Shown piece after piece: positions 50,680-62,150 of a stretch of DNA of 64,000 nt. Below the pieces are notes generated by a model that was given only the letters and a program-made list of their open reading frames with translations, searched no databases and had not been told where the DNA came from. The position numbers and the translations under genes are program-made. Source of the stretch: Utricularia gibba (Eukaryota > Plantae > Magnoliophyta); assembly GCA_002189035.1 (NCBI GenBank), contig NEEC01000021.1:1364001-1428000 (forward strand), in the 5' to 3' direction. Positions within the stretch are counted from its first letter, which is position 1, and each line of letters opens with the position of its first letter.

Positions 50680-53600
50680 ATGATGGGAACCAACAAAATT
50701 TCGAAGCTTTTGCTTGTTTTAACTTCATTCCTTGTCCTGTCACTGGGTTTCGGACTCCCTGTTATAGAAACGAAAGCTATACAGACTCTGCTGAGCCGTT
50801 TGCAGGCGAAGAAGGCGTCCCCCGAGGTGCAGGTATCTGCGGCAAAAGGCGTTCTTCAGAGACTCCTGCCGACCCATGTTGACAGCTTTGAATTTGAAAT
50901 TATATCCCAGGTCAGGATTTTATGGAATTTGAAGGGCTTGTACATGGGTCACGAGCTAATTTACAGGAGATTGAGTAAAGTTGTGGTATTATCTGTAGTT
51001 GGGAAAGAGGTCTTCGACATTTACATAGAGTTGGGTGAAGTTTGCGTAGGCTTTTAGTGTGGGACGGAAGTTTTCAACATTCCGTGTCACTGTTAATCTT
51101 GTTCTAGTTCAATGGGTTCCCAAAGCCTGATCTTTATCCTTGGTTGTACATGTTTATGGCATTTTCCTGGTATGTACACTAAGATGTTGGAGGTGAAAAA
51201 AGAAAGTCCCCATCGAAAGGCTAAATCTTGCTTCTAAAAGAAAAGCTCAAGTAAATATTGCCTGCTTAATAGGGAGAAGAGCATGAATGGGCGACCCTAT
51301 ACTTGACTGTGTAGTCCATTCATCATTAAAACATAACATAGGTCATTGCTTAACACAAACTGTCTCGGTGAGTGACTCTTGGTATAGATTGTTCTAACCA
51401 GATGTTGCTCTCCATGATAAGGAGGCATGCGGTGGAAACAGCTGCTTTAAGATTAGCAATGGTGAGAGATCCACCATAAATTCTGCTGAAATAAGGTGAG
51501 TGAAATCTATTATTTTTAAAACTCTGTATCTGGTTTTCGGGTTTTTGAAAGGCTAAATTGATCTATATTTCTATTCAGTGATGCATAACTGAAATCGCTT
51601 AGTTTTTCTGCAATATTCTAGATTTTCTGGGCAATTTTTCATAGGCATTTCAAAAATACTGATAACAATCTAGGATAAAAGGAACAACAGCTGTGGAAAT
51701 CACCTCAGGACTTCATTGGTACCTAAAGTACAGTTGTGGTGCTCATGTTTCTTGGGAAAAGACTGGTGGTGTGCAGCTTGATTCAGTTCCCAAACCAGGA
51801 CCACTTCCCTTGTTGAGAGATGGTGGTCTGGAGATCCATCGACCTGTACCTTGGAACTATTACCAAAATGTTGTCACATCTAGTTGTAAGATCTTCTTGG
51901 CAATGTATCTCTAATGAATCTCGGCGTTAACTAAAGCTATATTGCTATCAGCTTGCCCCACTATCTTAGGATTATTCAACTCATACAGATTCTTACGTTT
52001 GGTGGCAATGGGAAAGATGGGAAAGGGAGATAGACTGGATGGCTCTTCAAGGAATCAACATACCTCTTGCATTTACAGGACAAGAGGCAATATGGCAGAA
52101 AGTTTTTGCAGTATGTGTCTGATGAATACAGTAATTTTGGTCAAGTTTTGTTCATTTATTTTGATAATTGTGTCAAAATTGTCGGTAGTTATCTTCCAAG
52201 TTTTTTTTTTTTTTCATTTCTGCTTTTCACTTGGAATAACTTAATTCATAATGAAATATGACCATTAGTGAAAAAAGCTATTGGAATAATTTCCCATTAT
52301 CGGTGATCCATTGTGTGATCAGGAGTTTAATATCGCTAACCAAGACTTGGAAGATTTTTTTGGTGGACCTGCTTTTCTTGCTTGGGCACGTATGGGCAAC
52401 TTACACAGGTTTTCTTATTTTTTTTCTTCCTCTTCTTCTTCTTCTTCTTCTTTTTTATACTTTTGATCATCGATACTTCTCACTAGTTGTGCTAACATTT
52501 GGTTTATGTGTAGGTGGGGTGGCCCCTTGACCCAGAATTGGCTGGATAACCAATTGAATTTGCAAAAGAAAATACTATCTCGTATGTTAGAGTTGGGGAT
52601 GACTCCAGGTATGCAAAAGAAAATCTTGTTTTTCGCTTTCTGTTCTATCTTCAGCATAGTGGTCATGATTCTTAGCTGCGAGCCAGAGCAGTTGAAACCC
52701 AATATTTCATATTTTGGAAGATATGGTGGGAATAATGCTGATGTTTACTGGACAGTTCTTCCATCATTTTCTGGGAATGTACCAGCAGTTCTGAAGTCAA
52801 TTTTCCCCACTGCAAACATAAGCAGGCTTGGGAACTGGTACTCATTATCCTTTATGTTCATTGCTTTCTAATGCCTCCTCTATTATTTCATTTTGGGATC
52901 AGCTTACCATATTTGGCTTTCTCTTGACATGTTACAGGAACTCCGTTAATAGCAATTTGCAATATTGTTGCACATATCTTCTCAGCCCTTCTGATCCATT
53001 ATTTATCAAAATTGGAGAAGCATTTATCCAACACCAGATTAGAGGTGGGTTTGTTATATGCTTTTTTTGTATGTTAAATTTTCTTCCTTGAGCCATTGAA
53101 AAAAAAAAAAAAAAAACAAGCAGATCGTATGATTAGTAGTCTAAATTGGTATCCTGAGGGTAGAAGCGTATACGAAATGTCTAAATTTTATTAGTTGCTC
53201 CGTTGGTTCCATTTTATTAAGTTTCACTTACTCAATGAGTCACTTTTTTATGGTGTTAAACAACATTGCAGAGTATGGGAACATCACTGACATTTATAGC
53301 TGGTAATATCATCTTTTCAAACTGCATTTCTCTTTAAATCTCTCATAGAAAGTGGAAGTTCCTTGTGTGTGTATACTACTCATATCGTGTCATATTTATC
53401 CACGGGAATGATTGTCATTGCAGTGATACATTCAATGAAAATTCTCCCCCAACTAGTGACCCAGAATACATCTCATCTCTGGGTTCTGCAGTGTACAGTG
53501 CAATGTCAAAAGCCAATGGAGACGCTGTTTGGCTAATGCAAGTATGCTTCTCACATATGGTAGCTGATCTTACTCTCAGTGCATTTTAGAGCATACAGAT

Positions 53601-56017
53601 AGTCTTCTTATGGAAATCTTGATGCTGCCTTTTATTTTCCTCGTCTGATTTTACTTCTAGGTTTTTATTGATATCATGTGGATTAAGGAATCGCAGCTCT
53701 ATCCAAAGAAATAAAATTCATACAAATTATTGATATAACGTGTATCAACCATATTTCTCATTTCAACATTTTATGATCTCAGGGCTGGCTATTCTACTCT
53801 GATTCATCGTTTTGGAAGCCGCCACAGATGAAGGTGATAGCCAAAACTGATCATGTTAATTCTCACTTGCCTGGCATCACATATTGTTGAGCTAGTACTC
53901 AGTGATTCAATGTGTATGTGTACTTAATTTGGTTCACTTCTTGCAGGCACTTCTCCATTCTGTTCCTTTTGGAAAGATGATAGTGCTTGATCTGTTTGCT
54001 GATGTAAAACCAATCTGGAAAACATCTTCTCAGTTTTACCAGACTCCTTATATATGGTATGTGAAAGATTCAGTAATCTCCATCTATTGCTGGGAAAAAA
54101 TTGCTTCATCTTTTGCTGCTTTTCATGTTTTGGATTCCTTGATTGCTTGCGTTCGATTCAAGTTTCTGTTCATTGTTAGTGATACATGCCATATCTCAGG
54201 TGTATGCTTCATAATTTCGGTGGAAATATTGAAATGTATGGGGTATTAGATGCGGTCACTTCTGGGCCTGTCCTTGCCCGCACCAGTCAGAATTCAACCA
54301 TGGTACGCACACTCTAGTACATTAGATAGAAACATCCCTTCAGGTCATACTCTAGGGAGGCGTGTGAGTTTTTGTTTTGATTCCTTAATGAAATCATGTT
54401 CTAATCTTTCACATGAATTTGTGCTGGTTCCTGGCTACATATCAATTGCTGATTGTGTTCTGGATACTTTCCTTCAATGGACATTGCAAATTTTGACTGC
54501 TTTTGCTGTATGTTTATGCCATTTTGTAGATGTTAGTTGCTGTTCATTGTTCTGTTCAAGATGTATGTGTCCTTTCCCTTCACATTTCTTAAAATTTGGC
54601 ATCCTCATTGTCCACCTTCAGAACAGATTGGAGTGGGGATGTGCATGGAAGGAATTGAACAAAATCCAGTGGTATATGAACTGATGTCAGAAATGGCATT
54701 TCGACAAGATCCAGTACAGCTTGAAGTAAGTTTCATCATCTCCATGTGTTCTTTGTTGACCACAAAAATAATATGAGCTTGTATTGGCAGGACTGGTTGA
54801 CAGCATACTCTAGAAGACGATATGGTAAGTCTGTTGCTGAAGCTGATGCTGCATGGAAAATCCTTCTTCGGACAATATACAACTGCACAGATGGAATAGC
54901 GGTACATTTTCATTGTCTTCTAGGTTCAGAACTTGAGACTTGACACATTTCACTTTCAACTGGTAACAAAAAGGTTCCTCTTTCCCTGAAAGTTGATATC
55001 GTTGTTGAAATCAAACTATGTGCAGAATCATAATTCCGACTTCATAGTCAAATTCCCCATTGCTGATCTGTGGCTAAACAGAGACAAACTTGTCCGGATG
55101 CAGAGCATGAGACGGATCCTGAGTGAAGCTAACTTTGATTTGTCTCTGCCTCACTCATGGTACAATAAACAGGAGGCTGTTGCTGCTTTGAAGCTATTCA
55201 TTGATGCAGGAAAGGAACTTAATGGAGTTCCCACATACAGGTTAAGCCATTCTCCTCCAAATCATGAGCTTCGGCTGCAGTACAAAGTATAAACATTTCT
55301 TAACCGTTGCTTGGTTATAGTTATGATTTGGTGGACTTAACAAGGCAAACTCTCTCGAAGCTAGCAAATGAGGTGTATTTAGTTGCAATTCTGGCTTATG
55401 GGACTCGGAATATGGACTCCCTGAATTCTCATAGCCAGAAGTTCCTACAACTAATCAAAGACATCGATGAACTCCTCGCCACGGACAAGAATTTCCTGCT
55501 AGGGACATGGCTTGAGAGTGCCAAAAACCTGGCAGGGAGCGAGGATGAAAAGAAACTTGTAAGCATGCCTTCCTTACTGTACATCATCTTCCCCATACAT
55601 TCCTTTGAATCTGTGGCTGTTTCAGTTTGAGTGGAACGCAAGAACCCAAGTGACAATGTGGTTCGACAACACCCCATATCAGCAGAGCAAGCTCCATGAC
55701 TACGGTATGCTGAAAACCATGTGTTTCTTTACTTCAGATGACAAACTTTAACTTCCCTCTTCTGTTTCCTGTCATCAGCCAATAAGTTCTGGAGTGGGCT
55801 CCTGGAAGGATACTATCTCCCACGAGCATCAATGTACTTCACACGCCTGGTAAAGAGCTTGGAAGAAGAGGATGCAGATTTTCGACTGAGCAGATTCCGA
55901 ACAGAGTGGATTGCTTTCTCAAACCAATGGCAGCAAAGCACAGACAACTACACGGTTGAGGCCCGAGGCAATGCTCTCTCTGTAGCGAATAAGCTCTATC
56001 TGAAGTACTTGACATAG
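50680..56017 (+). CDS. NAGLU: Alpha-N-acetylglucosaminidase (GH89; NAGLU/CYCLOPS1-like); 19 exons
   Basis: [67 protein letters not shown] (catalytic Glu), [27 protein letters not shown] (catalytic Glu) and [13 protein letters not shown]; all exons in phase. Confidence 0.94.
52432..52452. repeat. (CTT)7 microsatellite in a NAGLU intron
   Basis: Perfect trinucleotide run. Confidence 0.9.
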
Positions 56018-56240
56018 CTGCATCACCAAGGAACTTGTGAATCCATTCCTCTGCTCATCTGCGCTCGAAACGCCTTATTACATAGTTATCATGAGAGACA
56101 GAAATGTGTACTATGAGATTCAGCTGATGTAATATATGGAAGGATATTTCCAAAGGACCCACTTCAGGAATCATTCATTTCCTCACGCTACCTTATCATA
56201 ATACCTATCCATCTCCTTTTTCTGCAGCTTGAAGCTTTCC

Positions 56241-56570
56241 ATGGCTTCTGCACTTCTGATCTGCTCTTTGTGCCACACCAAACCAGACCCGGCTGCGATT
56301 TTCCTTCGGAGAAACAGCAGAAGAAGAAGATCGATAGTTTCCTGTCATAGCCAAGATCCAGAGAAAGATGGGGTCCCTTTCATTCTACGCAAGATCATAG
56401 TGAAGCTTGGAAGAGGAGTGAAGGATAATCTGAGCCCAAAGAAGAAGGGAGATTGGAAGGATTTGACCCTGATGAGCTTATCATTTGCTGTGTATGTTTA
56501 TATCTCTCAGAAGCTTGTCTGTGCTTACTGTGCCTGGATGTCAATAGCTCAATCTCAGCAGCCATGGTGA
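56241..56570 (+). CDS. Small (109 aa) uncharacterised plant protein; possible plastid transit peptide and a C-terminal hydrophobic helix
   Basis: Single ORF MASALLICSLCHTK...RRRRSIVSC (transit-peptide-like) and SPKKKGDWKDLTLMSLSFAVYVYISQKLVCAYCAW, which reads as a conserved family motif followed by a TM segment. Confidence 0.7.
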   Translation: MASALLICSLCHTKPDPAAIFLRRNSRRRRSIVSCHSQDPEKDGVPFILRKIIVKLGRGVKDNLSPKKKGDWKDLTLMSLSFAVYVYISQKLVCAYCAWMSIAQSQQPW

Positions 56571-58272
56571 CAGCTTGATCCCCCTTCTTCTCCTGGCTCT
56601 TGCCCAGAATCTGCTCAATGCAACTACTGTAAAAATGATGATATTTTCACTGTTTCATGTTCCAATGGTGTAATAACATCATTAAGATTGAACTAATTCT
56701 ATTTACAACTTGGTTTATTCTAGATTCAACACCTTTTCGTTCATCGAAACTTCGTTTTTAAGGATTCGATGAAGATAACTTTAAAAGGTTAAAGAGCAAA
56801 AATATCTTATGTGAATAGCCTTTGCACATGAGTTGTCCAAAGGTCAAGGAAAGGGACAGCATTGGATATCTATTAAAATATCAAGAAAAGCTTTGATTTT
56901 TTTCCTGTTAGACCTAGGGATGAATTCCTATCCGGTTGTACAATACTTCCACTTAATATCATATTAAAAAAAAACGATTACAAATACATAATAAATATAT
57001 ATCATAGTAAAAAAATTTAGATCCAATCAATTATTAATTATTTAAAATTAGGAATTAAAATTGATGAACAATTCTACATGCAACCAAGGGGCGCATGACA
57101 TTCCATTTTGGTCCATCCCACTACATGCTAATGAGGGGCGGCACACAGACAAGGGCTTCAACCATTCTTGAATCGTTACGCAAATAGTATACAACAAATG
57201 AATATACAAAATGTCTACGAAACATAGTCTTTCGTTTAAAAAACAAACATATGAAATATCAAGTTGCAAAACATGCATTAAGGATATAATATAAACAATT
57301 CGTAGTAGCCTCGTGCCCGCAAACTCGAGTTGAAAAGCATTGGTCTCATACTCTTCCCAATTATGTTGACATATCCAATAGACAAATGAATGGATTTGAA
57401 GCAATTTAGAACCTATCAATGAAGATACAAGCTATGTTTTCAACTCAATCTTGTTTGATCGATCGAAATCGGATTTAATCGATTAAACCCAATTTTTTTA
57501 CCGAACTGATTTCATATTGGTTCGATTTTAAATCCCGAGTTGAAAATAGTGATAATTGTAGAGATGAACTAGAAATAAATCATTCTTTTTAGATATGTTT
57601 ACGATCTCAATATATGTGTTGATAACTACGTCATTTTCTTGTAATATAAGTATGATTTATAATTTTAATCATATTTTTTAATATTCTTATATGATATAAA
57701 TATTATTAATCAAGTAAATTTCAATTTTATTTTCATATTAAACATATCTATCAAATATAATATTATTTTAAACGTAAAAAATGGTGTACAATTTTAATGT
57801 GTAAAATCTATCTACTAAGCATAAATAATATAAAATATGTTAAATTTGTCTAAAATTAATTAGACTATCGATTTAATTTAAAACTTTTTATTAAATAGTG
57901 ATTAAATAAAACATCCCTAAAATTAACATAAAACTATATACTAAACACAATCTTAATTATAATTACACGTAACGTATGTTTATTTAAACACAAATAATTT
58001 AAATATATTAGTGATTAAATTATTCGATGTATTTTAATATTCTGAAGGAATGTCGGTTGTTGTTAGGCAGAGAGTTGTTAAATATGAAGGTGGAACTTTG
58101 AATTTTAAGTCTGTGTAAAAGTGGATATGGTTTCTAATGCACGAAAATGAATCGTGAACGCCTTCTTTTCTCTTCTCCACTAAAAGTCACGTGTTGAATT
58201 GAAAAATCTGTCGTGGATGGAGGGAGTTTAAAATGTTGTTCAAGTTCCATGCTTGAAGAACAATCAAGCTCC

Positions 58273-60818
58273 ATGATGCCGATGCTGGGAGGAGCCCGAA
58301 TCGGTATTCCGGCGGTGCTGTGCATCCTCTTGCTGTTGCCGACGGGGCGGAGCAGCCCGCCGGAGAATCCCGTCAGCTGCGCCGGACCAGGAAACTCTAC
58401 CTGCACCGTTACTAATGGGTACGGCGCCTTCCCCGACAGAAGCGTATGCCGCGCCGGGGTGGTGGAATACCCCACTTCCGAAACCGACGTCGTGTCCATC
58501 GTGTCCAATGCCAGCATGTCCGGCCGGAAGATGAGGGTGGTGACTCGATACTCCCACAGCATCCCGAAGCTGGTGTGCACCGACGGCGATGACGGTGTGG
58601 TGATAAGCACGAGGTATCTTAACAGGATCCTGGAGATCGATGGCGTCGCGATGACGGCCACCGTGGAGGGCGGCGTGACGCTGAAGGAGCTCATCCAGGG
58701 GCCGCTGCGGTGGGGCTAGCGCTGCCGTATGCTCCCTACTGGCTGGGGTTGACGGTGGGGGGATGATGGGCACCGGAGCGCACGGCAGCTCGCTCTGGGG
58801 CATCGGAAGTCAGGTTCTCCTCAGCTCCCCTCCTTTGTCGCATTTCACGTCTTTATGAAGCTTTAACCTCCTCCCGTTTAGGTTCACGATTATGTCATCC
58901 GACTGCGGATAGTGTCGCCGGCCGGAGCCGCCGACGGATTCGCGAAAGTTCGAGAACTGCGGAAAGGGGATCAGGATCTTGATGCGGCCAAGGTTTCTTT
59001 AGGAGTACTTGGAGTCATCTCACAGGTAAGCATGGGAAATAGACTTTCGGCTTGTTTGGTGAAACATAAATAACACACGTTAATTATACCTTCAATAAAA
59101 AAATATTTAATAAAATTAATTAGATATATGAATAATTTTATACTTTAATTATTTAATCATGATAATCATACAAAATCATAAAATTATTCGGATTTGGCAA
59201 TGAAAATTATTTTTTTTACATGGCAATTCTATTCATTTTCTGAGTAAATAATGATTTTCTTTTACTTTTGAACTATAATTTTTTCATAAAAATTATTTAA
59301 TTATTGATATTTTAATAGTATTATATGCATATATATAGAAAACTTTCTACCAAAAACATTATAATTAATTCAACATTATACACATTTGTATTAAAAAATT
59401 AAAATAATTACAAAGGGAATCTTTTATTTTATTGTTAAATGCCTTTTAGCCAATGTTTTAAAATTATGCAATTAAAACTATTATTTTTTATAATAAATCT
59501 TAAAAAAATATGAAATTTAAATGTATTATTGAAAACAAGTTCCCAACCACCATCTCCAAACTCGGGAGTCTCGTCTCCTTCTTGCAGGTGACCTTGCAGT
59601 TGCAGCCCATTTTCAACAGGCAGGTGACTTACGTTACGAAAAATGACTCCGATTTGGGAGACCAAGTCCTCAGCTTCGGCAGGCAGCACGAGTTCGCCGA
59701 CATCGGATGGTTTCCCAGCCAGAAAACCGCCCTCTACAGGGTTGATGATCGAGCTCCGGCGAACGCATCCGCCCGTGGGACGTATAACTTTCTCGGGTTT
59801 CGCGCCATGCCATCGGTTCTTGTCCTCTCCCAGAGGGCCCTCGGTGAGTGGAGAAACGAACATCAATCTTGAACACTGCGAAGGTTCTGATTTGAGTATG
59901 GTTTTGTCAGAGGAGACGCAGGAGCGGTTCGGAGACGCCGCAGGGAAATGCGCGGGCGCCAAGCTTGGAGCAGCAGCACTGCGGACTCTTGCCTATGGAC
60001 TCACAAACGATGGTAGATTGAGCATGAATATTGAATAGCCTGTGAGATCGAACCAGTAATGTTGTTTACTGTTTGATTTAGGAATTATCTTCAAGAAGTA
60101 CCCTGTGGTCGGCCGGCAAGACCATATCCAATCTTCGGGAACCTGCCTCGACAGCTCGGAAGACGGCCTGACCACCGTCTGCTCATGGGATCCCAGAATC
60201 AACGGCTTATTCTTCCACCAGACAACCTTCAGCATCTCACTCTCACAGGTGAAAAGCTTCATCAAGGACGTCCAGGCCTTGGTCGATCTCGAGCCCAACT
60301 CCCTCTGCGGCGTCGAGCTCTACAACGGCATCCTCATGCGCTACGTCACCAGCTCCTCCGCCTACCTCGGGAAGCAAGACGACGCCGTGGACTTCGACTT
60401 CACCTACTACAGAAGCCACGACCCCCAATCCCCCAGGCTCTTCGAGAACATCATGGAGGAGATCGAGCAGATGGGGTTGTTCAAATACAACGCCCTGCCG
60501 CACTGGGGCAAGAATCGGAACCTCGCCTTTCGAGGCGCCATCGGAAAGTACAGAAACAGCGGCGCATTCATTGCCGCCATGAAGCGGTTCGATCCGCTCC
60601 GGTTGATGTCCAGTGAATGGACCGATCAGGTTCTTGGGCTCAGCGACGGATTGAACATCGTGCGCGACGGATGCGCTCTTGAAGGGCTCTGCATTTGCTC
60701 CGAGGACGCCCACTGTGCGCCCAGCCGGGGCTATCTTTGCAGGCCGGGGAAGGTTTACAAGGAAGCTAGGGTTTGTGAGAAGGTTCCAACATCATCAATC
60801 CGGCACCTCGAACTTTAG
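58273..60818 (+). CDS. GULLO: L-gulonolactone oxidase-like (D-arabinono-1,4-lactone oxidase family, FAD-linked), copy 1; 5 exons (58273-58813, 58882-59025, 59588-59843, 59911-60012, 60082-60818) with two apparent -1 frameshifts (58698-58701, 58757-58762)
   Basis: [106 protein letters not shown] and [16 protein letters not shown]. Confidence 0.9.
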
Positions 60819-61977
60819 ACATGGATGCATGTGTTTAAATTAATATGTATAAAATGAATTCAAATTCATTTTATTAATAAATCTCATCAGCCATAATATT
60901 TTTCAAAAAAGTCATTGAAATAGTTAAGTATATATTTTACGAAATGTCTAGGGAGCATAGTATTTCGTTTAAAAAACAAGCATACCAAAGATCATTTTCA
61001 ATGTCTAAGTTGCAAAACATGCATTAAGGAATATAAGATAAACAGTTGGTTGTAGCATCGTGCCCGCAACTCGAGTTCAAAACCATTGGTCTCATAGAGA
61101 GTCGAAATCATTTTGTTATGTTTCATTATTCTTCTCGAAAATCACCTTTTGATAAACGATTTCAATAAATAGATCTTAAGATCATATTTTGTGTACACAT
61201 TTCCGATCGCAAATATATATGTATTGTGATAAATAATTTTATATCATTTATATTTATACTTTTTATAATTTTATTAAGTCGATTTTGTACTTATTTTATT
61301 TTATATCTTTTGTATTAATTTGATTTTTTTAGGAAAAAATTACATTTTATGATATTTCAGTATAATTTCAAACTAAATTAGAAGAAATTAGAATTAATGT
61401 TGATAGAATCATTTTTTCTAATATAAGTATGATTTATAATTTAATTACACAGCAATTATAATCATATTTTTAAAATTCTTATATGAAGTAAATATTCTTA
61501 ATCAAGTACATTTCAATTTTTTTCATATTAAATACATCTATTAAATATAATATTATTTTAAACATAAATATGTAAAATCATGGATTAAACACATCTAGTA
61601 TAAATGTGTTAAATTTGTCTAAAACTAATCAAATAATGTATGTTTATTTAAATACAAATAATTTAAATATATTATTAATTAAATTATTCGGAGTCAAACC
61701 AAAACATGTAACTAGTAGTAGGGCAAATCTTAGCGAGAACGTTGACTTTATAAAAGAAAAGATTCAGTATAAAAAATGATGTAATAATCTTAGATGAATC
61801 TTATATCGATTAGGATTGAATAGAAGTACAATTTATATAGAAATATCTTTTTTAATTTTACAATATACATTTTATCTCGTAATGAAATAACATAAAATAA
61901 AATCATTAGAGTTAGGTACACATTCTCTACAATATCGTGCAAGAACAAGATTGGTGCCACGTAATATGATGAACTAT

Positions 61978-62100
61978 TGTTGCTGTTAGGCAGACTTATT
62001 TTTAATATTGAGAACTAATGTCGGTTGTGGTAAGGCAGAGCTATTTTTATATTCAGAACTAATGTAGGTTGCTGTTAGGCAGAGAGTTGTTAAATATGAA
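61978..62100 (+). repeat. About 44-45-bp unit repeated three times in the proximal promoter/5'UTR of GulLO copy 2
   Basis: ggcaga cores at 61989, 62034 and 62078, each with a ttatttt...atatt.agaactaatgt spacer; copy 1 has one unit at about 58050-58085. Confidence 0.85.
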
Positions 62101-62150
62101 GGTGGAACTGTGATCGGAGTTCAAGTTCCATGCTTGAAGAACAATCAAGC

